From NCBI GenBank assembly GCA_965215045.1, contig OZ244031.1, forward strand, positions 1,386,626 through 1,450,625: a DNA stretch of 64,000 nt. Reading direction: 5' to 3'. Of the stretch, positions 28,100 through 39,523 are shown one piece after another. Positions within the stretch are counted from its first letter, which is position 1. Every line of letters begins with the position of its first letter. This stretch comes from Gammaproteobacteria bacterium (GTDB taxonomy: Bacteria > Pseudomonadota > Gammaproteobacteria > JABABF01). The translations under genes and the position numbers were made by a program. Below the pieces are notes generated by a model, which made no database searches, had not been told where the DNA came from, and saw only the letters and a program-made list of their open reading frames with translations.

Positions 28100-29968
28100 T
28101 CAGAGCCCCGGGTCATTCTTGTTCGCCCGCGACTCTCCCTGCTGCTCCCGGAGCCGGTGCTGGTAGAGCAGCTTGTTGCCCAGCAGGCCCGCGGGATTTT
28201 CCGAGACGCGCCGCAGCCAGATCTCGGTGGTGTGCTCCTGTTCCCCGGCGGGTGACAGGCTGCCCATGTCTTCCAGCAGGCTGCTGAGGTCGCGGTTGTC
28301 CGGTTCGTTCTGCTCTCCCTCCTGTTCCCCGTCCTCTGCGCTCTCCGCTTGCTCATCGCCGCGCCGGGCCATCTCCTGTCGTGCTTTTTCCCGGGCATCC
28401 CCGCCCTGTTCCCGCGCCATCTGCTCCAGGAACCGCCGCTCCTGCTCCTGCTCGCCCGCCGCGGCTTCGGACGCCTGTTCACCTTCCTGTTCCCCGGACT
28501 GCGCCTGCTGCTGCCGCTCCCCGGGACCTTGTTCACCCCGCTGTCCTTCTCCGGACTGCTGCTCGCCCGCCTCACCCGGCTGTTGCTGACCGGACTGTTG
28601 TGAAGCCTGTTCCAGGGCGGCGAGTAACAGCTCCAGGTTGTGCTGCGCATCTTCCAGTTCCGGGTCGATTTCCAGCGCGGTGCGGTACGCCTTGATCGCT
28701 TCCATGATGCGCCCGGCATGCGCCAGGGCATTGCCGCGATTGTAATGATGCACGGCGTTGTCTTCCACGTTCCAGGATTGCATCGCCCGTTCGTACTCCC
28801 CGGTGCGATACAGGGCGACGCCGCGCCAGGTCGGGTGGGCAAACAGTTCCGCCGCCCGCGCGGAGTCGCCTTCCTCCAGCGCGCGTGTCGCCTGCTGGTC
28901 CCGGTTCAACCACAGGCCCTGCCAATCGAAGGCCCTGGCCGGTGTCGCGACGCCCAGTGCGACAAACAGGCCCAGCAGCAGCAGCCAGCCGCGCCGAAAA
29001 CCGATGGCGGCCAGGGGCAGGAGCACCAGCAACAGCCAGGGTCCTTCCTCCCGCCACAGGTCGAATCGCCTCTCGGTCTCCCGCGTCTGCTCGTAGTGCA
29101 GGAAACTTTCATCCATGAGGTAATCGATGTCGCTGTCGTCGATCGACAGGGAATGATAACGACCGCCGTTTTGCGCGGCCAGTCGTCGCAGCGGGGCGGG
29201 GTCGAAGGCGGCGATCACCGGGGCACCGCCGCTGTCGCGCAAAAAGCCGCCCGCCGGCAGCGGCACCGGGGCACCGTTGCGGGTGCCGACGCCCAGGATT
29301 AGCAGCGGCAGCTCTTCGTCCTCCAGGATGCGTGTCAGCTGCTGGGCCTCGCGGGTGCGAATGCCGTCGGTGATGAACAGCAAGCGGCCTTGCAGACGCT
29401 GGCCGCCGCTGTTTTCCAGCAGTTGCAGGGCGTCTGCGACGGCGGCGGCGGCGTTGCTGCCCTGTACCGGCAACAGCTTGGGCGACAGGGAGCGCAGCAG
29501 GTTGCCGATCGCCTCGGTGTCGTCGGTCAGCGGGGTGATGGTGAAGGAGTCGCCGCCGTAGGCGACCAGCGCCGTCAATCCCTCCCGGCGCCGCTGCAGG
29601 ATGTCATTGACCTTGTTGTGCACCCGCTCCATGCGCGACGGCAGGATGTCCTGGGCGTACATGGAGGGACTGAGGTCCAGCATCAGCACCAGTGCATCGG
29701 CGCGCTGCTCCGTCGGCTGCTGCAGTTTCTGCCAGCTGGGGCCGGCCAGGGCCAGGATCGTCAGCAGCCAGGCGCACAGCAGCAGCACCAGCGGCAGACG
29801 ATTGCCGCCCTGGCGTTGCAGCAGGTGTTCGCGCAACTCGGCGCCCATGAAACGCTCCCATTCCGGTGCGTCCTTGCGGTGCGTCCAGCACAGCCAGCTG
29901 AGAAACAGCATCGGCAGCAACGCCAGGAACCATAGCGGTCGGACAAAATGCAGGGCGGAGAACTCCAC
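28100..29968 (-). CDS. BatB/BatC fusion: VWA domain + TPR repeats with acidic Q/E-rich tail
   Basis: N-terminal TMs, VWA MIDAS region (ALVLMLDLSPSM..), TPR repeats (YNRGNALAHAGRIMEAIKAYRTALEIDP), then low-complexity SGQQQPGEAGEQQSGEGQRGEQG tail. Confidence 0.7.
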   Translation of the reverse strand: MEFSALHFVRPLWFLALLPMLFLSWLCWTHRKDAPEWERFMGAELREHLLQRQGGNRLPLVLLLCAWLLTILALAGPSWQKLQQPTEQRADALVLMLDLSPSMYAQDILPSRMERVHNKVNDILQRRREGLTALVAYGGDSFTITPLTDDTEAIGNLLRSLSPKLLPVQGSNAAAAVADALQLLENSGGQRLQGRLLFITDGIRTREAQQLTRILEDEELPLLILGVGTRNGAPVPLPAGGFLRDSGGAPVIAAFDPAPLRRLAAQNGGRYHSLSIDDSDIDYLMDESFLHYEQTRETERRFDLWREEGPWLLLVLLPLAAIGFRRGWLLLLGLFVALGVATPARAFDWQGLWLNRDQQATRALEEGDSARAAELFAHPTWRGVALYRTGEYERAMQSWNVEDNAVHHYNRGNALAHAGRIMEAIKAYRTALEIDPELEDAQHNLELLLAALEQASQQSGQQQPGEAGEQQSGEGQRGEQGPGERQQQAQSGEQEGEQASEAAAGEQEQERRFLEQMAREQGGDAREKARQEMARRGDEQAESAEDGEQEGEQNEPDNRDLSSLLEDMGSLSPAGEQEHTTEIWLRRVSENPAGLLGNKLLYQHRLREQQGESRANKNDPGL

Positions 29969-29973
29969 GGCGA

Positions 29974-31164
29974 TTATCTCCGGGCGCCCGGGTCGAAGGC
30001 GGTTTTCGTCGGGTGGTGCTCATCTTCCGCTGGTGCATCCGGTGTCGCAGACGGGCCCAGGAGCGCGTACAGCCGCAGCGTGTGCGCGCGCAGGGTGGCC
30101 AGTGCCGGGTACAGTGCCAACAGGAAACTGAGCAGCAGGGCGGCGCCCAGCGGCCAGTGGTAGAGGCTGGTGTGCGGACGGTAGATTTCCTCTTCCTGTG
30201 GCAGGGGCTCCAGCGCATCCAGTTCGCGGTAGATCTGCTTGAGTTGTTGCGGGTTGCGCGCGCGGAAATAACGCCCGCCGCCGATCTCGGAAATCTCGCG
30301 CAGTGTTTTTTCATCCAGCTCCCGGTTCCTGATCAGGCTGCGTGCAAAGCCGCGGTACGGCACGCGGTCGGCACCGATGCCGATGGTGTGAATGCGCAGT
30401 CCCTCCGTCGCCGCCAGTTGTGCCGCCTGCCGGGGTTCAAATTCGCCGGAGGTGTTGCTGCCATCGGTGAGCAGGATCAGCACGCGGTTCTCCGCCGGTC
30501 GATCGCGCAGTCTCTTGACGGCCAGCGCAATGGCATCGCCGATAGCGGTTTGTTGTCCGGCAAAACCCAGTTGCGCCTCCGACAGCAGGATCTCCAGTGT
30601 TTTGAGGTCGAAACTCAAGGGCATCTGCAGGTAGGGCCGACTGCCGAACAGGATCAGGCCCATGCGGTCCCCCTGGCGCCGGGCGATGAATTCGCGTGCC
30701 ACCGCCTTGACCGCGAAGATACGCGACACCGGGCGGTTATTGATCAGCATGTCCCGGGTTTGCATGCTGCCGGAGATGTCGACCGCCAGCATCATCTCCC
30801 GACCCTCGGTCTGCAACTGGACCGCTTCGCCCAGCCATACCGGTCGCGCGGTGCTGACCAGCAGCAGCAGCCAGATCAGCACCACGCCGGCGGTGAGCAG
30901 CGGATTGCCCAGGCGGATCCTGCCGCTGGCGGCGAGCTCCCGCAGCGGTTCAAAAAAATGCACGTGCAGTGCGGCGTGCCAGTTCCGGGCCTCCGGCAAC
31001 AGGCGCGCCAGGAGCGGCAGCGGTGCCAGCAGCAGCACGGCGGGCCATTCCAGCGTGATGGCACCACCGGCGGTGTCGAAGACGCCGAGCCATGCATTGA
31101 CCGTGTCGCCGAAACCCTGCAACAGCAGGGCGACGGTTTCCCGCAGGGTCTCGAGCCGGTTCAT
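29974..31164 (-). CDS. batA: BatA-like VWA-domain membrane protein
   Basis: TM helices followed by VWA domain (MMLAVDISGSM...ILLTDGSNT). Confidence 0.7.
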   Translation of the reverse strand: MNRLETLRETVALLLQGFGDTVNAWLGVFDTAGGAITLEWPAVLLLAPLPLLARLLPEARNWHAALHVHFFEPLRELAASGRIRLGNPLLTAGVVLIWLLLLVSTARPVWLGEAVQLQTEGREMMLAVDISGSMQTRDMLINNRPVSRIFAVKAVAREFIARRQGDRMGLILFGSRPYLQMPLSFDLKTLEILLSEAQLGFAGQQTAIGDAIALAVKRLRDRPAENRVLILLTDGSNTSGEFEPRQAAQLAATEGLRIHTIGIGADRVPYRGFARSLIRNRELDEKTLREISEIGGGRYFRARNPQQLKQIYRELDALEPLPQEEEIYRPHTSLYHWPLGAALLLSFLLALYPALATLRAHTLRLYALLGPSATPDAPAEDEHHPTKTAFDPGARR

Positions 31165-31676
31165 CGGCCGTCCCCGCGGTACCCGGGGGTGTAACGCACA
31201 CGGTGCCGGCGCACCCAGCGGCAGGCGAGATCATGCACCGCCTGCCCGCCGGCGCGCGGCTCGGGGCGATACATTTCCCGTGCCAGGCAGCGTCCGACAC
31301 CCTGGCGGAACCCCTGCATGTCGGCACTGCGGTCCAGGAGTTCCAGCCATGCGCGCCCGGTGAAAGCGGCCGCGTGTTGTCCCGGCCAGGCGCACTGCGC
31401 AGTGCGGCGCAACACGGCGTTGATCGCAAGCAGCCAGTCGCCCAGGCTTTCCCGCCGGCCGGCAAAGCCGCGGTGCAGCACCTCGAGTTCGCGCAGCGCG
31501 GCGCGGCGGTATCCCAGGGAGCGCAGCCACGGGAACAGGCGATACAGGCCCCAGGCCGCCGCCAGCAGCACCAGCAGGGCGAGGAACCACCAACCCGGTG
31601 CCGGGGGCCACCAGGAAACCGGAGCCGGGGCGTGAATGTCGCGCAACTGGCTGAGCAGTGCCTGCAGGCCGTTCAT
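31161..31676 (-). CDS. DUF4381-like membrane protein of the Bat operon
   Basis: Small protein with N-terminal TM (WWFLALLVLLAAAWGLY), positioned as in canonical Bat operons. Confidence 0.5.
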   Translation of the reverse strand: MNGLQALLSQLRDIHAPAPVSWWPPAPGWWFLALLVLLAAAWGLYRLFPWLRSLGYRRAALRELEVLHRGFAGRRESLGDWLLAINAVLRRTAQCAWPGQHAAAFTGRAWLELLDRSADMQGFRQGVGRCLAREMYRPEPRAGGQAVHDLACRWVRRHRVRYTPGYRGDGR

Positions 31677-32604
31677 GATGCCGCCGCCTGTATTCTCTGC
31701 GGTTCGCGCAGCACCGTCAGCGGGTCGTCCGCAGTGTCCACGCGCACCAGGGTCAGTCGCAGCCCGCGCAGGTGGTCGTTCAACGTCTGCACGGTGGCCC
31801 CGGCTTTCTCCTGCCAGGCACTGCGCAGCTGCCGGTTCGGCCGCAGGCGCAATTGCCGCTCGCCGTCGGTGAAATGAAACAGGCGGTTGCCGGCGGGCAG
31901 TTCCCGCTCCAGCGGGTCGTTGACCTGCAGGACCGTGAGCTGGCAGTGCCGGGTCAGGTGGTGCAGGTGGGGAATGCTGCCGCCCAGGTCATGACAATCG
32001 CTGACCAGGAACAGCAGGCTGCCGGGATGGATGGCGCGCCGCAGTTCCAGCAGTGCCTGCGCCATGCTGATACCTTGCGCTGCGGTGCCCAGGCGCAGTT
32101 TCCCGTTGTGCTGGTGGATCTCCCGCAGCAGGTGCAACACGGTGTGATGGCTGCGCTTGGGGCGGATTTCACTGTGCCCGTTCTCACCCAGCACCATGCC
32201 GCCCACCTGGTCGCCGCGCTCCAGGCAGGTCCAGGCCAGCAGTGCCGCCAGGTGCGCCGCCTGCACCGACTTGCAACACAGGCGGCTGCCGAAGAACATG
32301 CGTTGGCGCTGGTCCACGACGATGAAGGCCGGCCGTTCGCGCTCCTCGTGGAAAATCTTGGTGTGCGGCTTGGAAGTGCGTGCCGTCACCCGCCAGTCGA
32401 TGGTGCGCACGTCGTCGCCGGCCTGGTAGGCGCGCACCTCCTCGAAGTCGATGCCGCGCCCGCGCCAGCGCGACTGCCGCAAGCCGGCACTTTCATTGCG
32501 CACGCGCAACAGCGGCGCGAGACTGAGTCCGCGCGCGGCAAAACGAAGGTTGATCAGATCGCGCAGCTCGGTATAGGCACCGCGGGGCGCCTCGCCGATA
32601 CGAT

Positions 32605-32608
<4 letters not shown>
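31673..32608 (-). CDS. DUF58-domain protein (MoxR-partner)
   Basis: Start at MNRIGEAPRG...; DUF58 signature GIDFEEVRAYQAGDDVRTIDWRVTART. Confidence 0.7.
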
Positions 32609-33615
<1,007 letters not shown>

Positions 33616-33740
33616 GTTGGCGACGACGGGGTGTATCGAGGGTACGGGTACAATACCCGCTGCTCCCTGTTGCGTATGAGACAGTGAGCGGGCTCCGGGA
33701 ATTTTACACTGACTTCAGGTCCCCGCACACCACGCCGTCC

Positions 33741-34775
33741 TTGGATTTTTACAAAGTTTTACGCAACGCACTGTTTTGTCTGCCGCCGGAATTCTCCCAT
33801 CTGTGCGGACTGGGTGCCATCCAGCTCGCGCATCGCACCGGCTGCAGCGGGCTATTGGCGGCGCATCCGGAGCCGGCACCGGTAGAGGCGATGGGTTTGC
33901 GCTTTGCACATCCGGTCGGCTTGGCGGCGGGACTGGACAAGGACGCCCGCTGCGTGTCCGGGCTGTTGTCCCTGGGTTTTTCCTTTATCGAAGTCGGCAC
34001 GGTGACGCCGGCACCGCAGCCCGGCAACCCGCGTCCGCGCCTGTTTCGCCTGCCGCGACAGCAGGCACTGATTAATCGCATGGGTTTTAACAGCTGCGGC
34101 CTGGAACGTATGCGGCCCCGTCTGCTGGCACCGCACCCGGGCATTGTCGGCGTCAACCTGGGACTGAACCGGGATACCGCCGCCGACCAGGCACCCCAGG
34201 CGTACCGCACGGGGATGCGCGCGGTCTGCGAAGGTGCTGACTACATCGCCATTAATCTCTCCTCGCCGAACACCCCGGGCCTGCGCGAATGGCAGCGCGC
34301 CGATCGCCTGGAACCCCTGCTGGAAGCCCTGCTGGAAGAACGTGAACAACTCGCCGCCGCCGGCAAACGCACACCGCTGGCGATCAAGCTGTCGCCCGAC
34401 CTGGAAGACGAACCACTGCGCGCATCGGCGCAGCTGCTGCGACGCATGGGAGTCGATGCGGTGATCGCCGGCAACACCACCGTCCAGCGCCCCGGCCTGG
34501 AGCACGAAGCGCGCGCCACGGAGGCGGGCGGGTTGAGCGGTGCCCCGCTGCGGCAGCGCGGACTCGAAATGACACGCATCCTGGCCGCAGAGCTGGGCCC
34601 CGGGATACCGATCATCGCCACCGGCGGTATCGCCGACGCCCGGGCCGCTGCCGAGCGCATCGAAGCCGGTGCCCGCCTGGTGCAGTTGTACACTGGTTTT
34701 ATTTACGGCGGCCCGGCATTGATCACCGCCTCAGCCGCCGCGATCGCGGCATTGCAACGAGACACCCGGCCATGA
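33741..34775 (+). CDS. pyrD: Dihydroorotate dehydrogenase (quinone)
   Basis: GLAAGLDKD, IEVGTVTPAPQPGNPRPRLFRL, NRMGFNS, INLSSPNTPGLR, AGNTT, LSGAPL motifs. TTG start at 33741 chosen by alignment to the E. coli N-terminus; alternative GTG at 33684. Confidence 0.8.
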   Translation: MDFYKVLRNALFCLPPEFSHLCGLGAIQLAHRTGCSGLLAAHPEPAPVEAMGLRFAHPVGLAAGLDKDARCVSGLLSLGFSFIEVGTVTPAPQPGNPRPRLFRLPRQQALINRMGFNSCGLERMRPRLLAPHPGIVGVNLGLNRDTAADQAPQAYRTGMRAVCEGADYIAINLSSPNTPGLREWQRADRLEPLLEALLEEREQLAAAGKRTPLAIKLSPDLEDEPLRASAQLLRRMGVDAVIAGNTTVQRPGLEHEARATEAGGLSGAPLRQRGLEMTRILAAELGPGIPIIATGGIADARAAAERIEAGARLVQLYTGFIYGGPALITASAAAIAALQRDTRP

Positions 34776-35485
34776 AAAACCATTCACCTGTGCGCAAGAT
34801 CCTGATTGTCGATGATGAAGCGGCAGTGCGGCGCATGATTCGTACGACCCTGGAAATGCGCAAAGAATTCACCTGCCTGGAAGCACCGGACACGATGCAG
34901 GCCAGGAAGCTACTCCACGAAGAACAACCCGACCTGATGTTGCTCGACTGGATGTTGTCCGGCATCAGCGGCATCGAACTGCTGCGCCAGCTGCGCAGCC
35001 AGGAAGAGAACCGGGACCTGCCCGTGATCATGCTCACGGCGAAGGACACCGAGCGCAGCATGGTGCGCGGCCTGGAACAGGGTGCCGACGATTACATCAC
35101 CAAGCCTTTCTCGCCGCGCGAACTCGTGGCGCGGATTCATGCGGTCCTGCGCCGCCGGGGAGAACACCGGGAAGACGCCGTGTTATCGGCGGGCCCCCTG
35201 ACCCTGGACCCCGTGCAGCACCACGTCAGCTGTGCCGGCCAGCCGGTGCACTTGCGGCCCATGGAATTTCGCCTGCTGCATTTTTTCATGTCGCACCCGG
35301 GCAGGACTTACAGCCGCGGCGCGCTGTTGAACCAGGTCTGGGGTGCGAACGCCTACCTGGAAGAGCGCACCCTGGACGTGCACATCAGCCGCTTGCGCCG
35401 CGTACTCAAGGGCTGCGGTGACTGCAGTCGCTGGGTGGACACGGTAGTCGGTTTCGGGTATCGCTTCACACCGCCGACATCGTGA
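34772..35485 (+). CDS. phoB: Phosphate regulon response regulator PhoB
   Basis: OmpR-family RR (ILIVDDE...DLMLLDWMLSGISGIEL...YITKPFSPRELVARI) directly upstream of phoR and pstSCAB-phoU. Confidence 0.8.
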   Translation: MKNHSPVRKILIVDDEAAVRRMIRTTLEMRKEFTCLEAPDTMQARKLLHEEQPDLMLLDWMLSGISGIELLRQLRSQEENRDLPVIMLTAKDTERSMVRGLEQGADDYITKPFSPRELVARIHAVLRRRGEHREDAVLSAGPLTLDPVQHHVSCAGQPVHLRPMEFRLLHFFMSHPGRTYSRGALLNQVWGANAYLEERTLDVHISRLRRVLKGCGDCSRWVDTVVGFGYRFTPPTS

Positions 35486-36762
35486 AACAGCAGCTGCAGC
35501 CCCTGTTCCGCATGCTGCGGGAACTGCTGCTGTTTTGTATCGCCGGTCTTTTGCCGGGGGCACTGCTGGGCGTCCCGCTGCAGGGATTGGGCGTCGGCGT
35601 CGGCACCTGGCTGCTCTGGAACCTGGTCCAACCGCTGCGCCTCTGGCAGTGGTTGCAGCGGGAGACGACGAGCCCGCCGCCCAGGAGCCTGGGTCTGTGG
35701 CAGTCGATCTTCACAAGCCTGGGTCGCCGCCAGGCCGAGCAGGCCGCCTCGGCGGAAGCGGTGGCACCTTTGCGCGAGTTATTCCAGAATTTCAACAGCG
35801 CGGTGATCCTGCTGGATGCCGACGGACGCATCGCCTGGTGCAACCAGGCTGCGACCTCGCTGCTGGGAGTGCGCTTTCCCGAAGACCGACGCCGTCACCT
35901 GGGCAACCTGCTGCGCACCCCGGAACTGTTGCATTTCCTGCAGCAGATGCCAGAGCAGACACCGCTGGAATGCGCATCGCCCGGCGATGCCTCGCGACAC
36001 CTGCGTTTCGGCTGTGCGCGCCTGCCGGAGGGCAGGGGTATTGTCTTTGTCCAGGATATTACCCAGCCGCACCGGCTGGAGAAGATGCGCCGGGACTTTA
36101 TTGCCAATGTCTCGCACGAATTGCGCACCCCGCTGACCGTGATCATCGGCAGCCTGGAACTCATGGACGAGCCGCTGCCGCCTGCCAAGCTGCGTGAAAT
36201 GCAGGAAGACATGCGCCACCAGGCCGGGCGCATGTCAGACCTGGTGCAAAGCCTGTTGCGCCTGGCGCAGCTCGAGAGTATGACCGAGCCCGCCGCCCGC
36301 GAACACATCCCACTGCGCCTGCTGCTGGCAGAAGTCTGTGACAGTATGAAAGCCAAGGCAGGTGAAGGGCGGCGCCTGGAATCGCACTGTCCGGATGCGC
36401 TGGTACTGCTGGGTTCCCGGGGCGAGTTGCAGAGCGTTTTCCTCAACCTGCTGGACAACGCCGTGCGCCACACCGACGCCCGGGAAGGCGTGGTGCAGGT
36501 AGAGGCCGAAGGCAGTGCCGAAGGTATCCGCGTGAAGGTGAAGGATAACGGTGCCGGCATCGAACGCCGACACCTGCCCCGGTTGACCGAGCGTTTTTAT
36601 CGCGTCGACGAAGGCCGGAATTCCGCCCAGGCGGGCACCGGCCTGGGACTGGCCATCGTCAAGCACGCCCTGGAACGACACCAGGGCGAGTTGCAAATTC
36701 ACAGCCGACCGGGGGAGGGCAGCGAGTTCGTGTGCTGCTTCCCGCCGGAGCGCAGCGGCTGA
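35482..36762 (+). CDS. phoR: Phosphate regulon sensor histidine kinase PhoR
   Basis: N-terminal TMs, PAS, H-box VSHELRTPLT, ATPase G-boxes (DNGAGI...GTGLGLAIV). Confidence 0.8.
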   Translation: MKQQLQPLFRMLRELLLFCIAGLLPGALLGVPLQGLGVGVGTWLLWNLVQPLRLWQWLQRETTSPPPRSLGLWQSIFTSLGRRQAEQAASAEAVAPLRELFQNFNSAVILLDADGRIAWCNQAATSLLGVRFPEDRRRHLGNLLRTPELLHFLQQMPEQTPLECASPGDASRHLRFGCARLPEGRGIVFVQDITQPHRLEKMRRDFIANVSHELRTPLTVIIGSLELMDEPLPPAKLREMQEDMRHQAGRMSDLVQSLLRLAQLESMTEPAAREHIPLRLLLAEVCDSMKAKAGEGRRLESHCPDALVLLGSRGELQSVFLNLLDNAVRHTDAREGVVQVEAEGSAEGIRVKVKDNGAGIERRHLPRLTERFYRVDEGRNSAQAGTGLGLAIVKHALERHQGELQIHSRPGEGSEFVCCFPPERSG

Positions 36763-36960
36763 ACCCCTCCCGCACATCGTCTGAACTCCTCCCGCACATC
36801 GCCGGGCCCCCTCCCAAACATCGCCTGACCCCTTCCCGCATAGCACCTGAACTCCTCCCGCGCACCGCCTGAACTCCTCCCGCGCATCGTTTGGCCTCCT
36901 CCCGCACATCGTCTGAACCCTTCCCGCACAGCACCTGAACTCCTCCCGCACAGCACCAGT
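36763..36960 (+). repeat. Array of ~9 degenerate 22-bp direct repeats (CTGAACTCCTCCCGCACATCGT-like) with no spacers
   Basis: Units begin immediately after the phoR stop and continue contiguously; they differ at 2-5 positions each. Confidence 0.8.
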
Positions 36961-37031
36961 TTCAACAATGCCGCATATTTTTGTCACATCGGCTGCGGAC
37001 AATAGGCTGTGTTTCCGATGAGGTCAATGTT

Positions 37032-38093
37032 ATGAGAGTCAATCGGCTTTTTAGTGCTTCCGTTCTTTTCAGTGCCACGGCGGTCGCTGCCCTGTCCCTG
37101 GGTGCTTCGCCGGCCATGGCGCGCGACAATATCCACATTGTCGGTTCTTCCACGGTCTACCCGTTTGCCACGGTAATTGCCGAGCGTTTCGGGCGTTCCT
37201 TCCGCTACAAGACGCCCACCGTGGAGTCCACGGGTTCCGGGGGCGGGCTGAAATTATTCTGTACCGGCGTCGGCGTCAATACGCCCGATATCACCAATTC
37301 TTCCCGGCGCATCAAGAAAACCGAGTATGACACCTGCCAGAAAAATGGCGTGCGCGACATCATCGAAGTCAAGATCGGGTATGACGGCATCGTGCTGGCG
37401 AATTCCGTGGATGCCGAGCGCATGCAACTGAGCCGGCGCGATATCTTCTTAGCCCTGGCGAAGGATGTGCCCGATCCCCGGGGTAGGGAGCGTTTCGTGT
37501 CCAACCCGTATCGCACCTGGAAAGACGTCAACCCCAAATTGCCGAACAAGAAAATCCGGGTGCTGGGGCCGCCGCCGACTTCTGGCACGCGCGACGCCTT
37601 CGTCGAGTTGGCCCTGGAGGGTGGTTGCAAGACTTTCCAGTGGGTCAAGGAGCTTAAGAAAAGAAACAAGCAGGCCTACAAGAGACGGTGTCACACGGTG
37701 CGTGAGGACGGTGCCTACGTGGAAGCGGGCGAAAATGACAACCTGATCGTGCAGAAGCTCAACGCCGACAAGGATTCCTTTGGCGTGTTTGGCTTCAGCT
37801 TCCTGAAAGAGAATAGCGACAAGGTGCAGGGTTCGGTGATCGAGGGCCGGGAACCCGCCTTTGCAGCCATTGCTTCGGGTGCCTACCCGGTGTCCCGTTC
37901 GCTGTACTTTTATGTCAAGAAAGCACATATCGGCCAGATTCGCGGTATCGAGCGCTACTTGCGCCTGTTTGTCAGCTCCCGTTCCATCGGCCCCCGCGGC
38001 CTCCTGGTGGAACGGGGCCTGATCCCGCTGCCAGCGACTGAATTGCGCAGCATGCAGAAAAGCGTCCACGGCCTCGCCAGCCTCCAGCTCTGA
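37032..38093 (+). CDS. pstS: Phosphate ABC transporter substrate-binding protein (PstS family)
   Basis: ATG with GAGG SD; signal peptide then HIVGSSTVYPF...GSGGG...SRSLYFYV PBP signatures. Confidence 0.75.
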   Translation: MRVNRLFSASVLFSATAVAALSLGASPAMARDNIHIVGSSTVYPFATVIAERFGRSFRYKTPTVESTGSGGGLKLFCTGVGVNTPDITNSSRRIKKTEYDTCQKNGVRDIIEVKIGYDGIVLANSVDAERMQLSRRDIFLALAKDVPDPRGRERFVSNPYRTWKDVNPKLPNKKIRVLGPPPTSGTRDAFVELALEGGCKTFQWVKELKKRNKQAYKRRCHTVREDGAYVEAGENDNLIVQKLNADKDSFGVFGFSFLKENSDKVQGSVIEGREPAFAAIASGAYPVSRSLYFYVKKAHIGQIRGIERYLRLFVSSRSIGPRGLLVERGLIPLPATELRSMQKSVHGLASLQL

Positions 38094-38149
38094 GACGCTG
38101 TATTCACTGCTGCCGGCAAACAGAATAGAGATACAGGGGGCGGTTTTTC

Positions 38150-39523
38150 TTGGGGTCTGCAGCTCTTTTCCTGCTCTTGTTACTGGCCGCTGCGGCCGTA
38201 TTCCAGTTCAGTTACTTGCGTTCCCGCCGCCAGGGATTGGCCCTGGGCGGCATCCGGAATCTTCATTCCCTGCCGACGCATTATGCACTGCACGCCGCCC
38301 TGTGGTGTGTGATTCCCTCTGTCTGCCTGCTGGTCGTCTGGATGGCATTCCAGGAACAGCTGATCGGCTATCTTTTATTGCGTGAATTTTCCGAGCTGGT
38401 TTCTTCCGCGGCCGAGCGCAAGCTGTTTCTGAACACGGTGCGCAACCTGGCGGTCGACTTCGCAGACGCGCAGCAGGGGTACCAGCCCGCGGTCGATCGT
38501 TTCATAGAGCTGCAGAACCGCTTCCAGGATTTGCGCAACCTGGCGGTGCTGGCACTGGCGGTTGCGGGTGCGGTATGGGGCATTGCCAAGGTCCGCCCCC
38601 GCTACGGTGCCCGGCAGGTGACGGAAAAAGCACTGCAGGTTTTCTTCCTGCTCAGTGCCTGCGTGGCGGTGTTTTGCACGCTGGGCATCGTGCTGTCGGT
38701 GCTGTTTGAGGCCCTGCGTTTTTTCAGCGTGGTGCCGGTTACGGAATTCCTGTTCGGCACGCACTGGAGCCCGCAATTGGCCGTGCGCGCCGACCAGGTC
38801 GGCTCTTCCGGTGCTTTCGGTGCCGTGCCGTTGATCACCGGCACCCTGCTGATCGCCGCGGTGGCCATGTCGGTCGCCGTGCCGGTGGGCCTGATGTCGG
38901 CGATCTACCTGGCCGAGTACGCCAACCATCGCGTGCGCTCCATCGCCAAGCCGACCCTGGAGATCCTGGCGGGCATTCCCACCGTGGTCTACGGCTTCTT
39001 TGCCGCCCTGACCCTGGCACCGATGGTGCGCGATGCGGGAGCCGCCCTGGGCCTGTCGGTGTCTTCGGAGAGTGCCCTGGCGGCGGGCCTGGTCATGGGC
39101 GTGATGACCATTCCCTTTGTCTCCTCGCTGTCGGATGATGTGATCAAGGCGGTGCCGCAGTCGTTGCGAGAAGGCGCGTACGGTCTCGGTGCAACACCCT
39201 CGGAAATGGTGCGCCAAGTGGTGTTGCCGGCGGCATTGCCCGGGCTGGTGGGCGGCATTCTGCTGGCGGTCTCGCGTGCGATCGGCGAAACCATGATCGT
39301 GGTGATGGCCGCCGGGCTGGCCGCCAAGCTGACGGCAAACCCCTTGGAATCGGTGACCACGATCACCGTGCAGATCGTGACCCTGCTGGTCGGCGACCAG
39401 GAATTTGACAGTCCCAAAACGCTGGCGGCCTTTGCCCTGGGACTGTTGCTGTTTTTCATTACCCTGGGGCTGAACGTGATCGCCCTGGTCGTGGTGCGAC
39501 GCTACCGGGAACGTTATGAATAA
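38150..39523 (+). CDS. pstC: Phosphate ABC transporter permease PstC (long form)
   Basis: Polytopic membrane protein with the ABC permease EAA-like region (SRAIGETMIVVMAAG). Confidence 0.8.
   Translation: MGSAALFLLLLLAAAAVFQFSYLRSRRQGLALGGIRNLHSLPTHYALHAALWCVIPSVCLLVVWMAFQEQLIGYLLLREFSELVSSAAERKLFLNTVRNLAVDFADAQQGYQPAVDRFIELQNRFQDLRNLAVLALAVAGAVWGIAKVRPRYGARQVTEKALQVFFLLSACVAVFCTLGIVLSVLFEALRFFSVVPVTEFLFGTHWSPQLAVRADQVGSSGAFGAVPLITGTLLIAAVAMSVAVPVGLMSAIYLAEYANHRVRSIAKPTLEILAGIPTVVYGFFAALTLAPMVRDAGAALGLSVSSESALAAGLVMGVMTIPFVSSLSDDVIKAVPQSLREGAYGLGATPSEMVRQVVLPAALPGLVGGILLAVSRAIGETMIVVMAAGLAAKLTANPLESVTTITVQIVTLLVGDQEFDSPKTLAAFALGLLLFFITLGLNVIALVVVRRYRERYE

Noticed and set aside
36763-36960. 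CRISPR array call for the 22-bp repeat array
   Set aside because: Repeats are contiguous with no spacers, the unit is too short, and the repeats are degenerate.
36659-37002. Minus-strand ORFs (36235..37002, 36659..36934, 36699..36968) across the 22-bp repeat array
   Set aside because: Generated by the repeat periodicity; products are reiterated RRCAGGVQ motifs.
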